Part shown: piece after piece, positions 38,871 to 50,469 of the stretch
Layout: each line of letters begins with the position of its first letter
Position numbering within the stretch: position 1 is the first letter of the stretch
DNA from: an uncultured Phycisphaerales bacterium
Lineage (GTDB): Bacteria > Planctomycetota > Phycisphaerae > Tepidisphaerales > Tepidisphaeraceae
Direction: 5' to 3'
DNA length: 64,000 nucleotides
Assembly: GCA_963844715.1 (NCBI GenBank)
Contig: CAWJPJ010000008.1
Coordinates: 96,001-160,000 of the forward strand
The notes under the pieces: model-generated
Seen by the model: the letters and a program-made list of their open reading frames with translations, nothing else
Told to the model about the DNA's origin: nothing
Databases searched by the model: none
Program-made: the position numbers and the translations under genes

Positions 38871-40252
38871 ATGTCCGAGCAGAGCAATTTCAAAGCCGAA
38901 GTGCTGATCGTCGATGACGAAAAAGAGCACGCCCAGGTCATGAGCGATGCGCTCACCCGGCAGGGGCATCGTTGCGATCTGGCCTATAGCCTCAGCGAAG
39001 CGAAGGAGAAGCTGAATAAAAAAAGCTACGACATCATCGTCACCGACCTGGTGATGGACGGCAAGCGCGATGGGCTGGAAGTGCTGAAGCTGTCGAAGGA
39101 TCTGACCCCTCCCCCGCAGGTGATTCTGGTTTCCGCCCATGGGGATATTCCGATCGCCGTCGAGGCCATGAACGAGGGGGCCTACGGGTTCATCGAGAAG
39201 CCATTGGATTTGAGCCATTTTCGGGCCCAGGTGAATCGCGCCGCCGAGCGCGTGTCGCTTCAGAGGCAGAATCAGGTCCTGCGCGACCAGTTGTCGGATC
39301 AATCCAGCTTCGAGGGGATCGTCGGAAAAAGCGCCGCCATGCAAAAACTGCTGGCGACCGCGCGCCAGGTGGCCGCCAGCGACATCCCCGTCCTCATCAT
39401 GGGAGAAAGCGGCACCGGCAAGGAACTCATTGCGCGGGCCATTCACTTCAACAGCAAGCGCCGGCGGAACCGCCTGGTGACGCTCAACTGCGCCGGGCTC
39501 AGCGAGAGCATCCTGGAAGACGAATTGTTCGGGCATGTGCGGGGGGCCTTCACTGGCGCCAAGGCGAGCGCGAGGGGCGCTTCGAGCACGCCGACGGCGG
39601 GACGCTCTTCATGGACGAGATCGGCGACATGCCGTCCCCCATGCAGGCCAAGCTCCTGCGTGTGCTGGAAAACGGAGAAGTCGTCCGGCTGGGCAGCAAC
39701 GAGCCGATCAAAGTGGATGTGCGGCTTATCAGCGCGACAAACCGAAAACTCGAGGACATGGTCGCCGACAAGCAGTTCCGGGAGGATTTATTCTTCCGGA
39801 TTAAAGGCGTGACGCTGGTTCTCCCGCCGCTGCGGGAGAGGCGCGAGGACATCCCGCTCTTGATCCATTTCTTTTTGCGGGAATTTTCAGAGAAGTACAA
39901 TAAGGAACTGGAAGGCGTGTCGCCCGCCGCCCAGCAACTGCTGGTTTCATATAGCTGGCCGGGAAACGTGCGGCAGCTTCGCACGGCGATCGAAAACATG
40001 GTGGTTCTCTCCCCCGGAAAGATCCTCGGCGCCGAAGGCCTGCCCGCCGAGATTCGCCCCCCGGGCCTTCCTAGCCCCGGCGAGGCGACGGCTTCCACCG
40101 GAAACCTGGTCGGCATCAGCCTCGAACAGGCGGAGAAGGAATTGATCCGCAATACCCTCAAAATGGTCGAAGGGAACCGCGAGCAGGCGGCGAAAATTCT
40201 GGGGATCGGGGAGCGCACCCTCTATCGCAAAATACGGGAATACGGACTGTGA
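38871..40252 (+). CDS. Sigma-54-dependent response regulator (NtrC family), frameshifted
   Basis: Receiver domain, [26 protein letters not shown] and Fis HTH. Frameshift near 39570. Confidence 0.92.
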
Positions 40253-40750
40253 AAACGCAACAACACGACAATTTGCCGCGCATCGGCCAGGGGTACGACA
40301 TTCACCGTTTGAAGCCGGGAGGGAAGTTGATTTTGGCGGGCGTTGAAGTGGCGGAGGGAATATCGCCGATTGCGCATAGCGACGGGGACGTTGTCTTCCA
40401 CGCGGTCGTCGACGCGCTTCTCGGGCGCATTGGTTCTGGGAGACATTGGGGAGATGTTCCCCAATACGGACGCGCGGTGGAAGAACGCCCAGAGCCGCGT
40501 CTTTGTCGAGGAGGCGATGAAAAGGGTGAGCGCCGCCGGATACGCGGTGGCGAATGTGGACGTGACGGTGCTGGCGGAGAAGCCGAAATTGAAAGCGTTT
40601 AAATCGAAGATGGCCCAGTCGCTATCATCCCTGCTGGGCGCCCCGGCGAATCTGAAGGCCGGGACCAACGAGGAGTGCGATGCGATCGGCCGCGGCGAGG
40701 CAATCGCCGCGATGGCGGTCGTATTGCTGACTCGAACTAAGTTGGGATAA
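40249..40750 (+). CDS. ispF: 2-C-methyl-D-erythritol 2,4-cyclodiphosphate synthase (frameshifted)
   Basis: RIGQGYDIH, HSDGDV.FHA..DALLG, GDIG.MFP and KA.TNE...IGRGE. Confidence 0.92.
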
Positions 40751-40816
40751 TAGTATTTCGCGTCTTGGGCACGGAAGAGGGCCACGGCCGGGCGGAACGA
40801 TTCGCGACAGGTCTGT

Positions 40817-42325
40817 ATGAGCCTTCGAGTTTACAACACATTGTCCCGCCAAAAGGAGATGTTTGCCACGGTCCATCCGGGCAGGGTGGGGATCTATTTA
40901 TGCGGGCCTACGGTCTACAAGCCGCCGCACATCGGCCACATGGTCGGCCCCGTCATCTTTGATGCGATCAAACGCTATCTCAAATACAAGGGCTACGAGG
41001 TCACCTGGGTCGTCAACATCACGGATGTGGACGACAAGATCATCGAAGCCGCGGCCCGGCAGCAGGTGCAGGTGCAGGAGTTGTCGGACAAGTACACGGC
41101 CGAATATCTGGATTGCCTCAACCAATTTGGGATCGATTCGATCGATCGCTTCCCCAAAGCTTCGGAGCACATGCATGAGATTATCGAGCTGGTGCAGAAG
41201 CTGATCGACCATGGATTTGCTTACGTTGCCGACGGGAACGTCTGGTTCGAAGTGGCCAAGGACCCGGATTACGGAAAGCTCTCCAATCGGAAAGTCGAGG
41301 AGCAGGAATCGGGTCTGCGCGAACTCGAGGGGCAGGGGAAGAAGAGCGCGGCGGATTTCGCACTGTGGAAGAAAGCCAAGGCGGGGGAGCCGGCGTGGGA
41401 TTCACCCTGGGGGAAGGGGCGGCCCGGCTGGCATATCGAATGCTCGGCGATGAGCCAGAAATACCTCGGCGAAACCCTCGATATCCACGGCGGCGGCATG
41501 GACCTCATGTTCCCCCATCATGAAAATGAGCTGGCCCAATCCGAATCGGCCAATGGCAAGCCTCTGGCGAAATACTGGCTGCACAACGGCTTGACCCGCG
41601 TCAAAACCAAACTGAACAGCGGCGAGTGGTCTCAGGAAAAGATGAGCGGGAGCGTGGGGAACGTCGTCTCCGCAACGGAATTGCTCGGCACGTATGGGGC
41701 GGAGGTTTTGCGATACATGCTCCTGAGCACGCACTACCGCCGGCCGATCGAATTCACCGACGAAGTGCTGGTCAACTCGCGCAAAGGTCTGTCCGTCTTT
41801 TCGCGACTGGTCGAGCGCATCGAGCGATTGACGGGAAAACCCCTGAACGCCGAAGTGCAGGATATGGATCGCGCGGCGGCGAAGCTCCTCGAATCCGAAG
41901 TCGGCCCGTTTGCGCGGCAGACGCTGGCCGAAAAAATGCGCTTCCTCGAGATGATGGACGACGATTTCAACACTGCCGGGGCGATTTCCGTGATGCACGA
42001 TCTCGCCGGGCAGGTGAACAGTTTCCTCGAGCAGAACCGCGCTGAGTCGAATCGCCAGCCGGATGTCCTGGAGGCCGCGGGGGCGGCGACCCAAACGGTG
42101 CTTTCCCTGGGAAGGATTCTGGGCCTGTTCCGTCCCGGCGTGCGGCAGCCGGAAACGCAGCAGCCGGCGCTGGTGGATGGCCTGATGAATCTTCTCATCA
42201 AGATTCGCAACGATGCGAGGCAAAGCAAGAATTTCCCCCTCGCCGACGCCGTGCGGGATGGCTTGAAGGAGCTGGGGATTACGCTGGAAGATCGCCCCTC
42301 GGGGACCGGGTGGAGGAAAGAATAA
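40817..42325 (+). CDS. cysS: Cysteine--tRNA ligase
   Basis: CGPTVY, HIGH, GRPGWHIECSAM, FPHHENE and KMSGS. Confidence 0.97.
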   Translation: MSLRVYNTLSRQKEMFATVHPGRVGIYLCGPTVYKPPHIGHMVGPVIFDAIKRYLKYKGYEVTWVVNITDVDDKIIEAAARQQVQVQELSDKYTAEYLDCLNQFGIDSIDRFPKASEHMHEIIELVQKLIDHGFAYVADGNVWFEVAKDPDYGKLSNRKVEEQESGLRELEGQGKKSAADFALWKKAKAGEPAWDSPWGKGRPGWHIECSAMSQKYLGETLDIHGGGMDLMFPHHENELAQSESANGKPLAKYWLHNGLTRVKTKLNSGEWSQEKMSGSVGNVVSATELLGTYGAEVLRYMLLSTHYRRPIEFTDEVLVNSRKGLSVFSRLVERIERLTGKPLNAEVQDMDRAAAKLLESEVGPFARQTLAEKMRFLEMMDDDFNTAGAISVMHDLAGQVNSFLEQNRAESNRQPDVLEAAGAATQTVLSLGRILGLFRPGVRQPETQQPALVDGLMNLLIKIRNDARQSKNFPLADAVRDGLKELGITLEDRPSGTGWRKE

Positions 42326-42329
42326 AACG

Positions 42330-42411
42330 AGTTGCCAGTTGCGAGTTGCCAGTTGCCAGTAAAGACTGAGAATGCTTTTTACTGGCGACGGGTATCTCGC
42401 AACTGGCAACT
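42330..42411. repeat. Palindrome of GTTGC(C/G)A heptamers
   Basis: agttgccagttgcgagttgccagttgccagtaaa ... tttactggcgacgggtatctcgcaactggcaact. Confidence 0.8.
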
Positions 42412-42415
42412 TTTT

Positions 42416-42904
42416 ATGCGCGTTCTTGGGATTGATCCTGGTTTGCAGATCACGGGGTACGGGGTTGTCGATTTTGAGCGAACACCGAAATTGATCGATG
42501 GCGGCGTCATTCGGCTAAAGCCCAAGTCTTCCCTTGCGGCGAGATTGGTCGAGTTGGAATCCGAGTTGGGGGAATTGTTCGAAGAGTTCGAGCCGGACGT
42601 TTGCGCGGTCGAGCAGTTGTATGCGCATTACAAGCACCCGCGCACCGCGATCCTGATGGGGCATGCGCGCGGAGTGATTCTGCTGGCGGCGGAGCGGCGC
42701 GGCGTGCGCGTTGAGCAGGTGTCCGCCAATCGCGTGAAAAAATCGCTTCTAGGGTACGGACACGCCGGGAAATTGCAGATGCAGAAGGCGATTCAGCAGT
42801 TGTGGGGCTTGAAGGAATTGCCCAAGCCGCCCGATGTGGCCGATGCCCTGGCGGTGGCGCTTTGCTGCGGGCGGGAAATTTCCGGTAAACTGAGCCGCAG
42901 ATGA
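42416..42904 (+). CDS. ruvC: Holliday junction resolvase
   Basis: LGIDPG, AVEQ, MGHARG and PDVADALAVA. Confidence 0.95.
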   Translation: MRVLGIDPGLQITGYGVVDFERTPKLIDGGVIRLKPKSSLAARLVELESELGELFEEFEPDVCAVEQLYAHYKHPRTAILMGHARGVILLAAERRGVRVEQVSANRVKKSLLGYGHAGKLQMQKAIQQLWGLKELPKPPDVADALAVALCCGREISGKLSRR

Positions 42905-43533
42905 TCTGCGCAATCACCGGCGAACTTCGGCGCGTTGAAGACGATCGAGTCCACCTCGCCAGTGGGCCGGTCGTGTATGAAATTCTGGTTCCGGCGTTCG
43001 ATCTCACGGAATTGCAGGCAAGCCTCGGCGAATCGATCACTCTGCACACGATTTTTGACCTCGAGGGAGACCCGACGCGCGGCGGACTGGCCCCGCGATT
43101 GATCGGCTTCCTCCGCCTGCACGACAAGAATTTCTTCCAGCTCTTCGTGACGGTCAAAGGGATCGGCCCCAAGCGCGCCCTGCGGGCGCTGGTTCAGCCG
43201 GTTGGGCAGATCGCGGCTGCGATCGAGAATCGCGATGCCCGGTTTCTAGTGCAATTGCCCGAAATCGGGAAACGAACCGCCGAGCAGATCGTCGCCGAAT
43301 TGGCCGGGAAATTAACCGACTTTGCGATGGAGCAGGGGGCGGTTGCCGCCCCATTGGCCCGCAAGGATCGATCGCCGGCTGAACTGGATGCAATTGACGG
43401 GATCATCCTCCTGGGGATCGGGCGCTCGGATGCGGAGCGATTGCTGGAACGAGCCAAGGCCGCCGAGCCGGACCTGAGTACCGCCGATGCGCTGGTGAGG
43501 GAGATGTTGAGATTACGCACGGTTCGGGCGTGA
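42901..43533 (+). CDS. ruvA: Holliday junction branch migration protein
   Basis: VKGIGPKRAL and LPEIGKRTAEQI HhH motifs; operon context. Confidence 0.92.
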   Translation: MICAITGELRRVEDDRVHLASGPVVYEILVPAFDLTELQASLGESITLHTIFDLEGDPTRGGLAPRLIGFLRLHDKNFFQLFVTVKGIGPKRALRALVQPVGQIAAAIENRDARFLVQLPEIGKRTAEQIVAELAGKLTDFAMEQGAVAAPLARKDRSPAELDAIDGIILLGIGRSDAERLLERAKAAEPDLSTADALVREMLRLRTVRA

Positions 43534-43540
43534 TGGGCAC

Positions 43541-43696
43541 GGAACCCGAAATCCGAAGCCCGAAACCAGAAATCCGAATCAAACCAGAATGGCGAAATGA
43601 CCGAATAGTCCCCGCGAATCGAATGCGGTGCTTCCGTTTGGTCATTCTGGTTTTGGGCATTGATTCGTCATTCGGGTTTCTGGTTTCGGGTTTGAG
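43541..43696. repeat. Long imperfect palindrome of GAAA(C/T)C(C/A) and GAATG(A/C)C units, copy 1
   Basis: Heptamer arms in inverted orientation. Same units occur at 61987-62092. Confidence 0.8.
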
Positions 43697-43777
43697 CCCA
43701 GAGTTGCGATTCAACCCATTTGCGCCAATGATTGATTCATGGCTCCTTCGATTGGATCAGGCCGCGGAGGTTCCCCC

Positions 43778-44740
43778 ATGGCAGGGGGGTTTCGGCTCTT
43801 TCGCATTTTCGGGATCACCGTCTACCTCCATTTCACGTGGTTCATCATCGCGCTCTTTGAAATTCAGTCGCGCAAGGGGGAATACAGTTCGATCTGGTGG
43901 AACGTCGCGGAATACCTTTCACTCTTCGCGATCGTGCTGACCCATGAATTCGGCCACGCCCTGGCCTGCCGATCCGTCGGTGGGACGGCGGACACGATCA
44001 TGCTTTGGCCGCTGGGCGGGATCGCGTTTGTGAATCCGCCGCCGCGGCCCGGAGCGCTGCTTTGGAGCATCGCGGCCGGGCCGCTGGTCAACGTGCTCAT
44101 TCTGATTCCGACCTATTCCCTGCTGAGTTTGCCGCACGACACCGACCTCCATCGGTTCCTCTTTGTTTTCGCGGCGACGAATCTGATGCTGCTCGTGTTT
44201 AACATGCTCCCGATCTATCCGCTGGACGGGGGGCAGATCGTGCAGGCGCTGCTTTGGTTCGTGATTGGGCGCGGACGGAGCTTGATGGTTTCGGCCGTGC
44301 TCGGGATCATCGGCGCGGTGGGAATGGTCGGTTTGGCGATCTATTTGAGCAATCCCTGGCTCGTCGTCCTGGCGATCTTCGCGGGGTTCCAGGCTTTCCG
44401 AGGAATCAAGATCGCGCAGATATTAAGGGCGCGCGAAACCATGGCGCGGCGCGGGGGGGTCACGTGCCCCTCTTGTGGGCAGGCGCCGCCGATGGGGGCG
44501 TTCTGGAGATGTTCCACGTGCCGGCAGCCGTTCGACATCTTCGAGAGAAGCGGGATATGCCCGAACTGCGGAACGATGAACCGGATGGCGTTTTGCCCCT
44601 CGTGTCGAAACGGCGCGCCGGTGGCGGCGTGGATGGGGATGAATCCGGATTTGCCCCCGCTGCCGACCGTGCCCGTGCCGCAACCCGCGTGTCCGCCTCC
44701 CCCGCCCCTGCCCCGAATGCCCCCGGCGCCGCCCTGGTAA
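43778..44740 (+). CDS. Site-2 protease (M50) with C-terminal Zn-ribbons and Pro-rich tail
   Basis: HEFGH, AGP, FNMLPIYPLDGG and four CxxC pairs. Confidence 0.9.
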   Translation: MAGGFRLFRIFGITVYLHFTWFIIALFEIQSRKGEYSSIWWNVAEYLSLFAIVLTHEFGHALACRSVGGTADTIMLWPLGGIAFVNPPPRPGALLWSIAAGPLVNVLILIPTYSLLSLPHDTDLHRFLFVFAATNLMLLVFNMLPIYPLDGGQIVQALLWFVIGRGRSLMVSAVLGIIGAVGMVGLAIYLSNPWLVVLAIFAGFQAFRGIKIAQILRARETMARRGGVTCPSCGQAPPMGAFWRCSTCRQPFDIFERSGICPNCGTMNRMAFCPSCRNGAPVAAWMGMNPDLPPLPTVPVPQPACPPPPPLPRMPPAPPW

Positions 44741-44825
44741 AAGCCAACGGACGGCCCTTCGATAAACTCAGAGCGGGCCATCCATTGGCTTTGTGGGGGG
44801 TGACCCGTAATGTTAGAACATACCC

Positions 44826-45876
44826 ATGCCGCGCGAGAGAATTGTTTCGGGCCAGTCGGGATCGGAAGAGGAAACCCGATTCAATTACTCGCTTCGCCCC
44901 GAGAACTTTTCCCAATATATCGGCCAAGACGCGCTGGTCCGCCGGCTGAAGATCGCCGTCGATGCCGCCAAGGCGCGCAAGGAGCCGATCGAGCATGTTC
45001 TCCTCCACGGGCCCCCGGGGCTCGGGAAGACGACCCTGGCCCACGTGATCGCCCATGAAATGAACGCCCAGGTTCACGTCACCAACGGCCCGGCGCTCAC
45101 CAAAGGCGCGGACCTGGTCGGCATTCTCACCAAACTCGGGCCCGGCGACGTTCTTTTCATCGACGAGATTCATCGCCTACCGGCCATAGTCGAGGAATAT
45201 CTCTATCCCGCCATGGAGGATTTCAAGGTGGACATCACGCTCGATTCCGGCATGCACGCCCGGACGATCACGATGCCCCTGGCGGCTTTCACGCTGATCG
45301 GCGCGACCACCCGCATCGGCTTGCTCAGCGGCCCGATGCGAAGCCGCTTCGGCATCGCCAATCACATCGAGTTTTATACCCCCGAGTCGCTGCACGAAAT
45401 TCTGCGGCATAACGCCAAACTGCTGAAGCTCCAAAGCGAGGACGAGGCGTTGAAGGAACTGGCTCGCCGCAGCCGGGGAACGCCGCGCATCGCCAATCGG
45501 CTGATTCGCCGCGTGCGCGATTACGCCGCGGTGGAAGCCGCGTCGAAACTCACGCTCGCCGTGACCAAATCGGCCCTAAGCCTCGAGGGAATCGACGAGC
45601 GCGGCCTCGACGAGCAGGATCGGAATTATCTGAAAACGCTGATCAATGTTTACGACGGCGGCCCCGCCGGTGTGGAAGCCCTGGCCGCAAGCCTGGGCGA
45701 GGAGATCGATACGCTGGTGGATGTCGTCGAGCCCTATTTATTGCAGACGGGCCTGGTTCTGCGCACGCGCGCAGGGCGCGCCGCGCACGAAGACGGCGTA
45801 CGATCATCTCAAGATCGAGTGGAACCCGTCCAAAGACGTCTCGGAAGATCCATCCCTCTACGAAAATCAGGCCTGA
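44826..45876 (+). CDS. ruvB: Holliday junction helicase (frameshift near the 3' end)
   Basis: [29 protein letters not shown] and EPYL. Confidence 0.95.
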
Positions 45877-47072
45877 TGTTCCATTTCCTCGCTGGGCGCT
45901 TCATCCGCCCCACGGCGGGATTTGCGGCGGTATTGCCTCGGGGTTAATCCGATTTGGTCGTGGAAAGCCATGCTGAGCTGCCGCGCTTCCTTGAACCCGC
46001 AGGCGTCGGCAATTTCCCTCACCGGGCGATCCGTGCGCGACAGCAGCAATTTCGCCCGCTCAAGCTGGACCCGGCGGATTTCCTGATAGGGCGAGCGCCC
46101 CAAAGCCTTGCGGAACCGCATCTCCAGCGACCGGCGGGAAAGCTGAGTGCGCGAAAGGAGATCCTCGACGTTGATCTCGCGCCCGCCGCGATCACGGATG
46201 AAGCGCACGGCCGCGGCGACTTCCGCGTCGGCCAGCGCCAGCACGTCGCTGCTGCGCCGCGTGATGACTTCGACGGGCGGGACGAGGATCGGCTCAACCG
46301 GAGCGGGTTGCCCGGCAATCAGTTTGGCCAGCAGAGCCGCGGATTCGTAGCCGATCTGTTCGGTGTTCAGGCAGATGCTCGAGAGCTGCACGCCGGACAG
46401 TTCGCAATTGATTTCGTCGTTATCGACGCCCAGGACGGCGATCTGATCCGGGACTTGTAACTCCAGTGAAGTCGCCAGGCGCACCGTTTCCTTCGCGCAC
46501 GAATCATTTCCGCAAAAGATCGCCAGGGGGCGCGAAAGCGTGGCCAGCGCCTCGAGCCGCGCGGAGCGATCCGAGTCCTGGGAGACCAGGGCCGGCTCGC
46601 CGGCAATTTCCTCCTTGCGCTGCACGATTGAGCAATCGAAGCCCGCGGCGCGCAGGGCCTCCTGAAAACCGTCGGCGCGCTGCTGGGCGTAGGCGGCGCC
46701 TTTGATCCCGAAGAAGGCGAAATTCCTGAATCCGCGCTCGATAAAATAGGAAGCCGCCAGTTTTCCCGTGGCAATGTCGTCGGGAAGAACCGCCGGCATT
46801 TCGATCGGCGGCTCAATGACGTTGGAGATGTTGATCGCCGCGACGCCGCTGGCAATCAGTTCCTGCGCATGCTGGCGCTGGCGGATCTGGACGATGACGC
46901 CGCGGACATTGTCGCGGGCGAAGGTTTCGGTGAAGCCGGGCTCGATGTGCGAGGAGAAATTGAAATCCCACCCGCCGTGGATTTTCGCGTAGTCGGCAAT
47001 GCCGCGCAAGACGCCACGGCTGTAGGCATAAACGACGTCGGCGTAGAGGCGAACCGAACAGTTTTCCGGCAC
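45867..47072 (-). CDS. XylR-type regulator
   Basis: [22 protein letters not shown] and AraC HTH. Confidence 0.9.
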   Translation of the reverse strand: MPENCSVRLYADVVYAYSRGVLRGIADYAKIHGGWDFNFSSHIEPGFTETFARDNVRGVIVQIRQRQHAQELIASGVAAINISNVIEPPIEMPAVLPDDIATGKLAASYFIERGFRNFAFFGIKGAAYAQQRADGFQEALRAAGFDCSIVQRKEEIAGEPALVSQDSDRSARLEALATLSRPLAIFCGNDSCAKETVRLATSLELQVPDQIAVLGVDNDEINCELSGVQLSSICLNTEQIGYESAALLAKLIAGQPAPVEPILVPPVEVITRRSSDVLALADAEVAAAVRFIRDRGGREINVEDLLSRTQLSRRSLEMRFRKALGRSPYQEIRRVQLERAKLLLSRTDRPVREIADACGFKEARQLSMAFHDQIGLTPRQYRRKSRRGADEAPSEEMEHQA

Positions 47073-47461
47073 GATCAGGCTCCTTCCCGCCGGGCCATTG
47101 GTTCATCCGCTGGTCCGGTCCCATCGCCCCAAGTCACGGCATATTAACCGACGGCCCGGGTTCCCCAAACGTCCCGACTCCGGACAAACAGCGCCGTCGG
47201 CAGGGCCATTTTTGCTAGCCCACGTTTCTCAATCTCTCCATATTACCAATAATAAGCCGGAATAAACCATTTAAACCGCATTTCTTCTCGATTTACCCAT
47301 TTGAATGTGTTAGGTTATGGGCTGTGAGAAACCTACGTTATCTGCCTCTGACGTTTCTTTGCGGGATGCCGGGATTTGTGTACTTTGCGCCTGTGCTGAT
47401 TGTGTGCACCGCAACGTTTCTGGCTACCCGTCGTAAACCGCTCGCCAACTAACTAATTCAT

Positions 47462-50363
47462 TTAAGCGATCTTCTGTTCCGCCTCCGGGTTGCGCGGGGC
47501 CAATCTCATTTTGAGATATTCCGAGGTATATCCCAGTCCCGATTTGGCGACCCGTTCTGGGGTCCCTGCAACAACGATTTGCCCGCCCGCTTCGCCTCCC
47601 TCGGGGCCGAGATCGATAATCCAATCGGCGCATTTGATGACATCGAGATTGTGCTCGATGACCAGCACGGTGTTCCCGAAATCCGCCAGGCGATTCAGCA
47701 CGTTGAGCAGATTGTGAATGTCCGCAAAGTGCAGCCCGGTCGTCGGCTCGTCCAGAACGTAAAGCGTGTGGCCCGTCGCGCTCTTGCCGAGTTCGGTCGC
47801 GAGCTTGACGCGTTGCGCCTCCCCGCCGGAAAGCTGCGTGCTCGGCTGCCCGAGTTTGATATACCCCAGGCCCACGTCGTTGAGCGCCTTAAGAAGCTCG
47901 CGCGATGTGCGGGAAATTTTCGAAGAAGCCGAGCGCTTCCTCGACCGTCATGTTCAACACATCGGCGATCGTCTTCCCGCGATAATGAATCTCCAGCGTC
48001 TCTGCGTTGTAGCGCGAACCGTGGCAGACTTCGCACGCAACATATACATCCGGGAGAAAGTGCATTTCAATGCACTTCGTCCCCTGCCCCTGGCAGGCTT
48101 CGCAGCGGCCGCCTTTGACGTTGAAGCTGAAACGCCCCGCCTCGTATCCGCGGATTTTGGCTTCCTTGGTCTTGGCGAAGACTTTTCGAATGTCGTCGAA
48201 GACACCGGAATAAGTCGCCGGGTTGCTCCGCGGCGTGCGCCCGATCGGGCTTTGATCGATCTCAATAACTTTGTCGATGCGGCTGACGCCATTGAGGGCT
48301 TTGAACGCGCCCGTCTTTACTTTCGAGGCGTAAAGCTTTCGCCGCAGCGCGGGAAGCAGGGTCTGATTGATGAGCGTCGATTTCCCCGACCCGCTGACGC
48401 CCGTGACGCATACCACGCCGCCCAGCGGGATGCGCACGTCGATATTTTTCAAATTGTTCTGCCGGCACCCCTTAAGCTCTAGGCACGATTTATTCGGATC
48501 CATCGGCCGGCGAACCTGCGGCGGAACGATGGCGTACTCGCCGGTCAGATATTTCACGGTTGTGCTGTGCGCATTCTGCAGAACCTGCGGCATGTGGCCC
48601 GCGCAAACGATCGTTCCGCCATGAGCGCCGGCCCCGGGGCCGACATCGATGAGATAATCCGCCGCCCGAATGCACTCCTCATCGTGCTCGACCATGATGA
48701 CCGTGTTCCCGAGGTCTTTGAGGCGCTTGAGCGTGCGGATAAGCCGTGCGTTATCGCGAGAATGAAGCCCAATCGTCGGCTCGTCCAGAACATAGCAAAC
48801 ACCGACGAGCCCGCTTCCAACCTGCGTCGCCAGCCGGATGCGCTGCGCCTCGCCGCCGGATAGGGTGGCGGTTTTTCTGTCGAGTGTGAGATAAGCCAGA
48901 CCCACATCCGACATAAATCCGAGCCGAGCCGAAATCTCGCGGACGATCGGCTCGGCGATAACCGCCTGTTCGGGCCCGAGGCGCAGGTTCTGGAAGAATT
49001 GCCGCGCGGTTTCGACGGTCATCGCCGTCACGTCCGAGATGCTGTAACCCGCCAGTCGGATCCCCCCGTTGGGAAGCTCGCTGGACCCGTCGGGATCGCC
49101 GTGGATGCGCACGGCCAGCGCCTCAGTCCGCAATCGCGTCCCGCCGCACTTGGCGCACGGCTGTTCGGATGTGTACTGATGCAGCCGCGTTTTGACGAAT
49201 TCGCTTTCGGTGTTCTCGAATCGCCGCTGAAGATTGGGGATGACGCCCTCGAACCAGGTTCCGGTCCCTTCGTCCCCCTGTTCATCCGTGCCTTCCATGA
49301 GGATGGCGCGGATTTTTTTGGGGATGTCCTTGTAGGGCATCGAATAGGAGATACCGAAGTCGCGGGCGAACTGCCGCAGGACGCGGCTGTAATAAATGTT
49401 CATCCGCTTCCCATTTTTCCGCCACGCCTCGATCGCACCGTTTTCGAGGGAAAGCGACTCATCCGGGACGATCAATTCCGGATCGAATTCGCACGTCGTC
49501 CCCAGTCCATGGCACGCCGGGCACGCCCCGTGCGGGCTATTGAAGCTGAATATCCGCGGCTCCAGCTCCGGGAGCGAAACATGCGGATGATCCGGGCAGG
49601 CAAATTTCTCGCTGAAGGTCTGATCGACCCATTTATTGTCGGCCCCCTGAATGCTGACGATCAAAATTCCCTGCGAGAGCTTCAGCGCGGTTTCGACGGA
49701 ATCGGCCAATCGCGAGCGAATTTCCGGCTTCAAAACCAGCCGGTCCACGATCGCCTCGATGTTGTGCACTTTGGTCTTTTGCAAAGACGGCGCGCTCTCG
49801 GCGGCCAGTTCCAGCATTTGCCCATCGACCCGCGCCGAACATAACCCTGCTTATGCAGAGCCGCGAAGATTTCCTTGTGCTCCCCTTTTTGCCCTTTGAT
49901 CAGCGGCGCCAGCAGCATCACCTTGGACCCGGCGGGATGCTTCATCACCGCATCCACGATCTGCGAAGGCGATTGGCTGGCGATCGGCCTTCCGCAAACC
50001 CAGCAATACGGCCTGCCCGCCCGGGCAAATAAAACGCGCAGTGTAATCGTAAATCTCGGTCGTCGTCGCCACGATGCTGCGCGGATTGCTCGACGCCGAC
50101 CGCTGCTCGATGGCGATGGTGGGGGGGAGCCCCTCGATTTCGTCGATGTCCGGCTTCTGCAGTTGCTCCAGAAATTGCCGCGCGTATGCCGAAAGCGATT
50201 CCACATATTTCCGTTGTCCCTCGGCGTAGATGGTGTCGAACGCCAGCGTCGACTTCCCGCTCCCGCTCAGACCCGTCACCACGACGAGCTGATCGCGCGG
50301 CACGTCCACGTTCAGGTTCTTCAGATTATGCTCGCGCGCGCCTTTGATTCGGATGAATTTCAC
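47462..50363 (-). CDS. uvrA: Excinuclease ABC subunit A (several frameshifts)
   Basis: [24 protein letters not shown] x2, FSFN and Zn fingers across ORFs 49851..50555, 49730..50206, 47889..49817 and 47462..47875. Confidence 0.95.
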
Positions 50364-50469
50364 TCGTCCACTCCGGTACCCGGTGTTTGGTCGGGAATTG
50401 AAACTGGATATTCTAGCGGGCATGGCGGCGGGAATCGAATCGACCGGTGGTTCGCGGCGAAAGCAGGGG

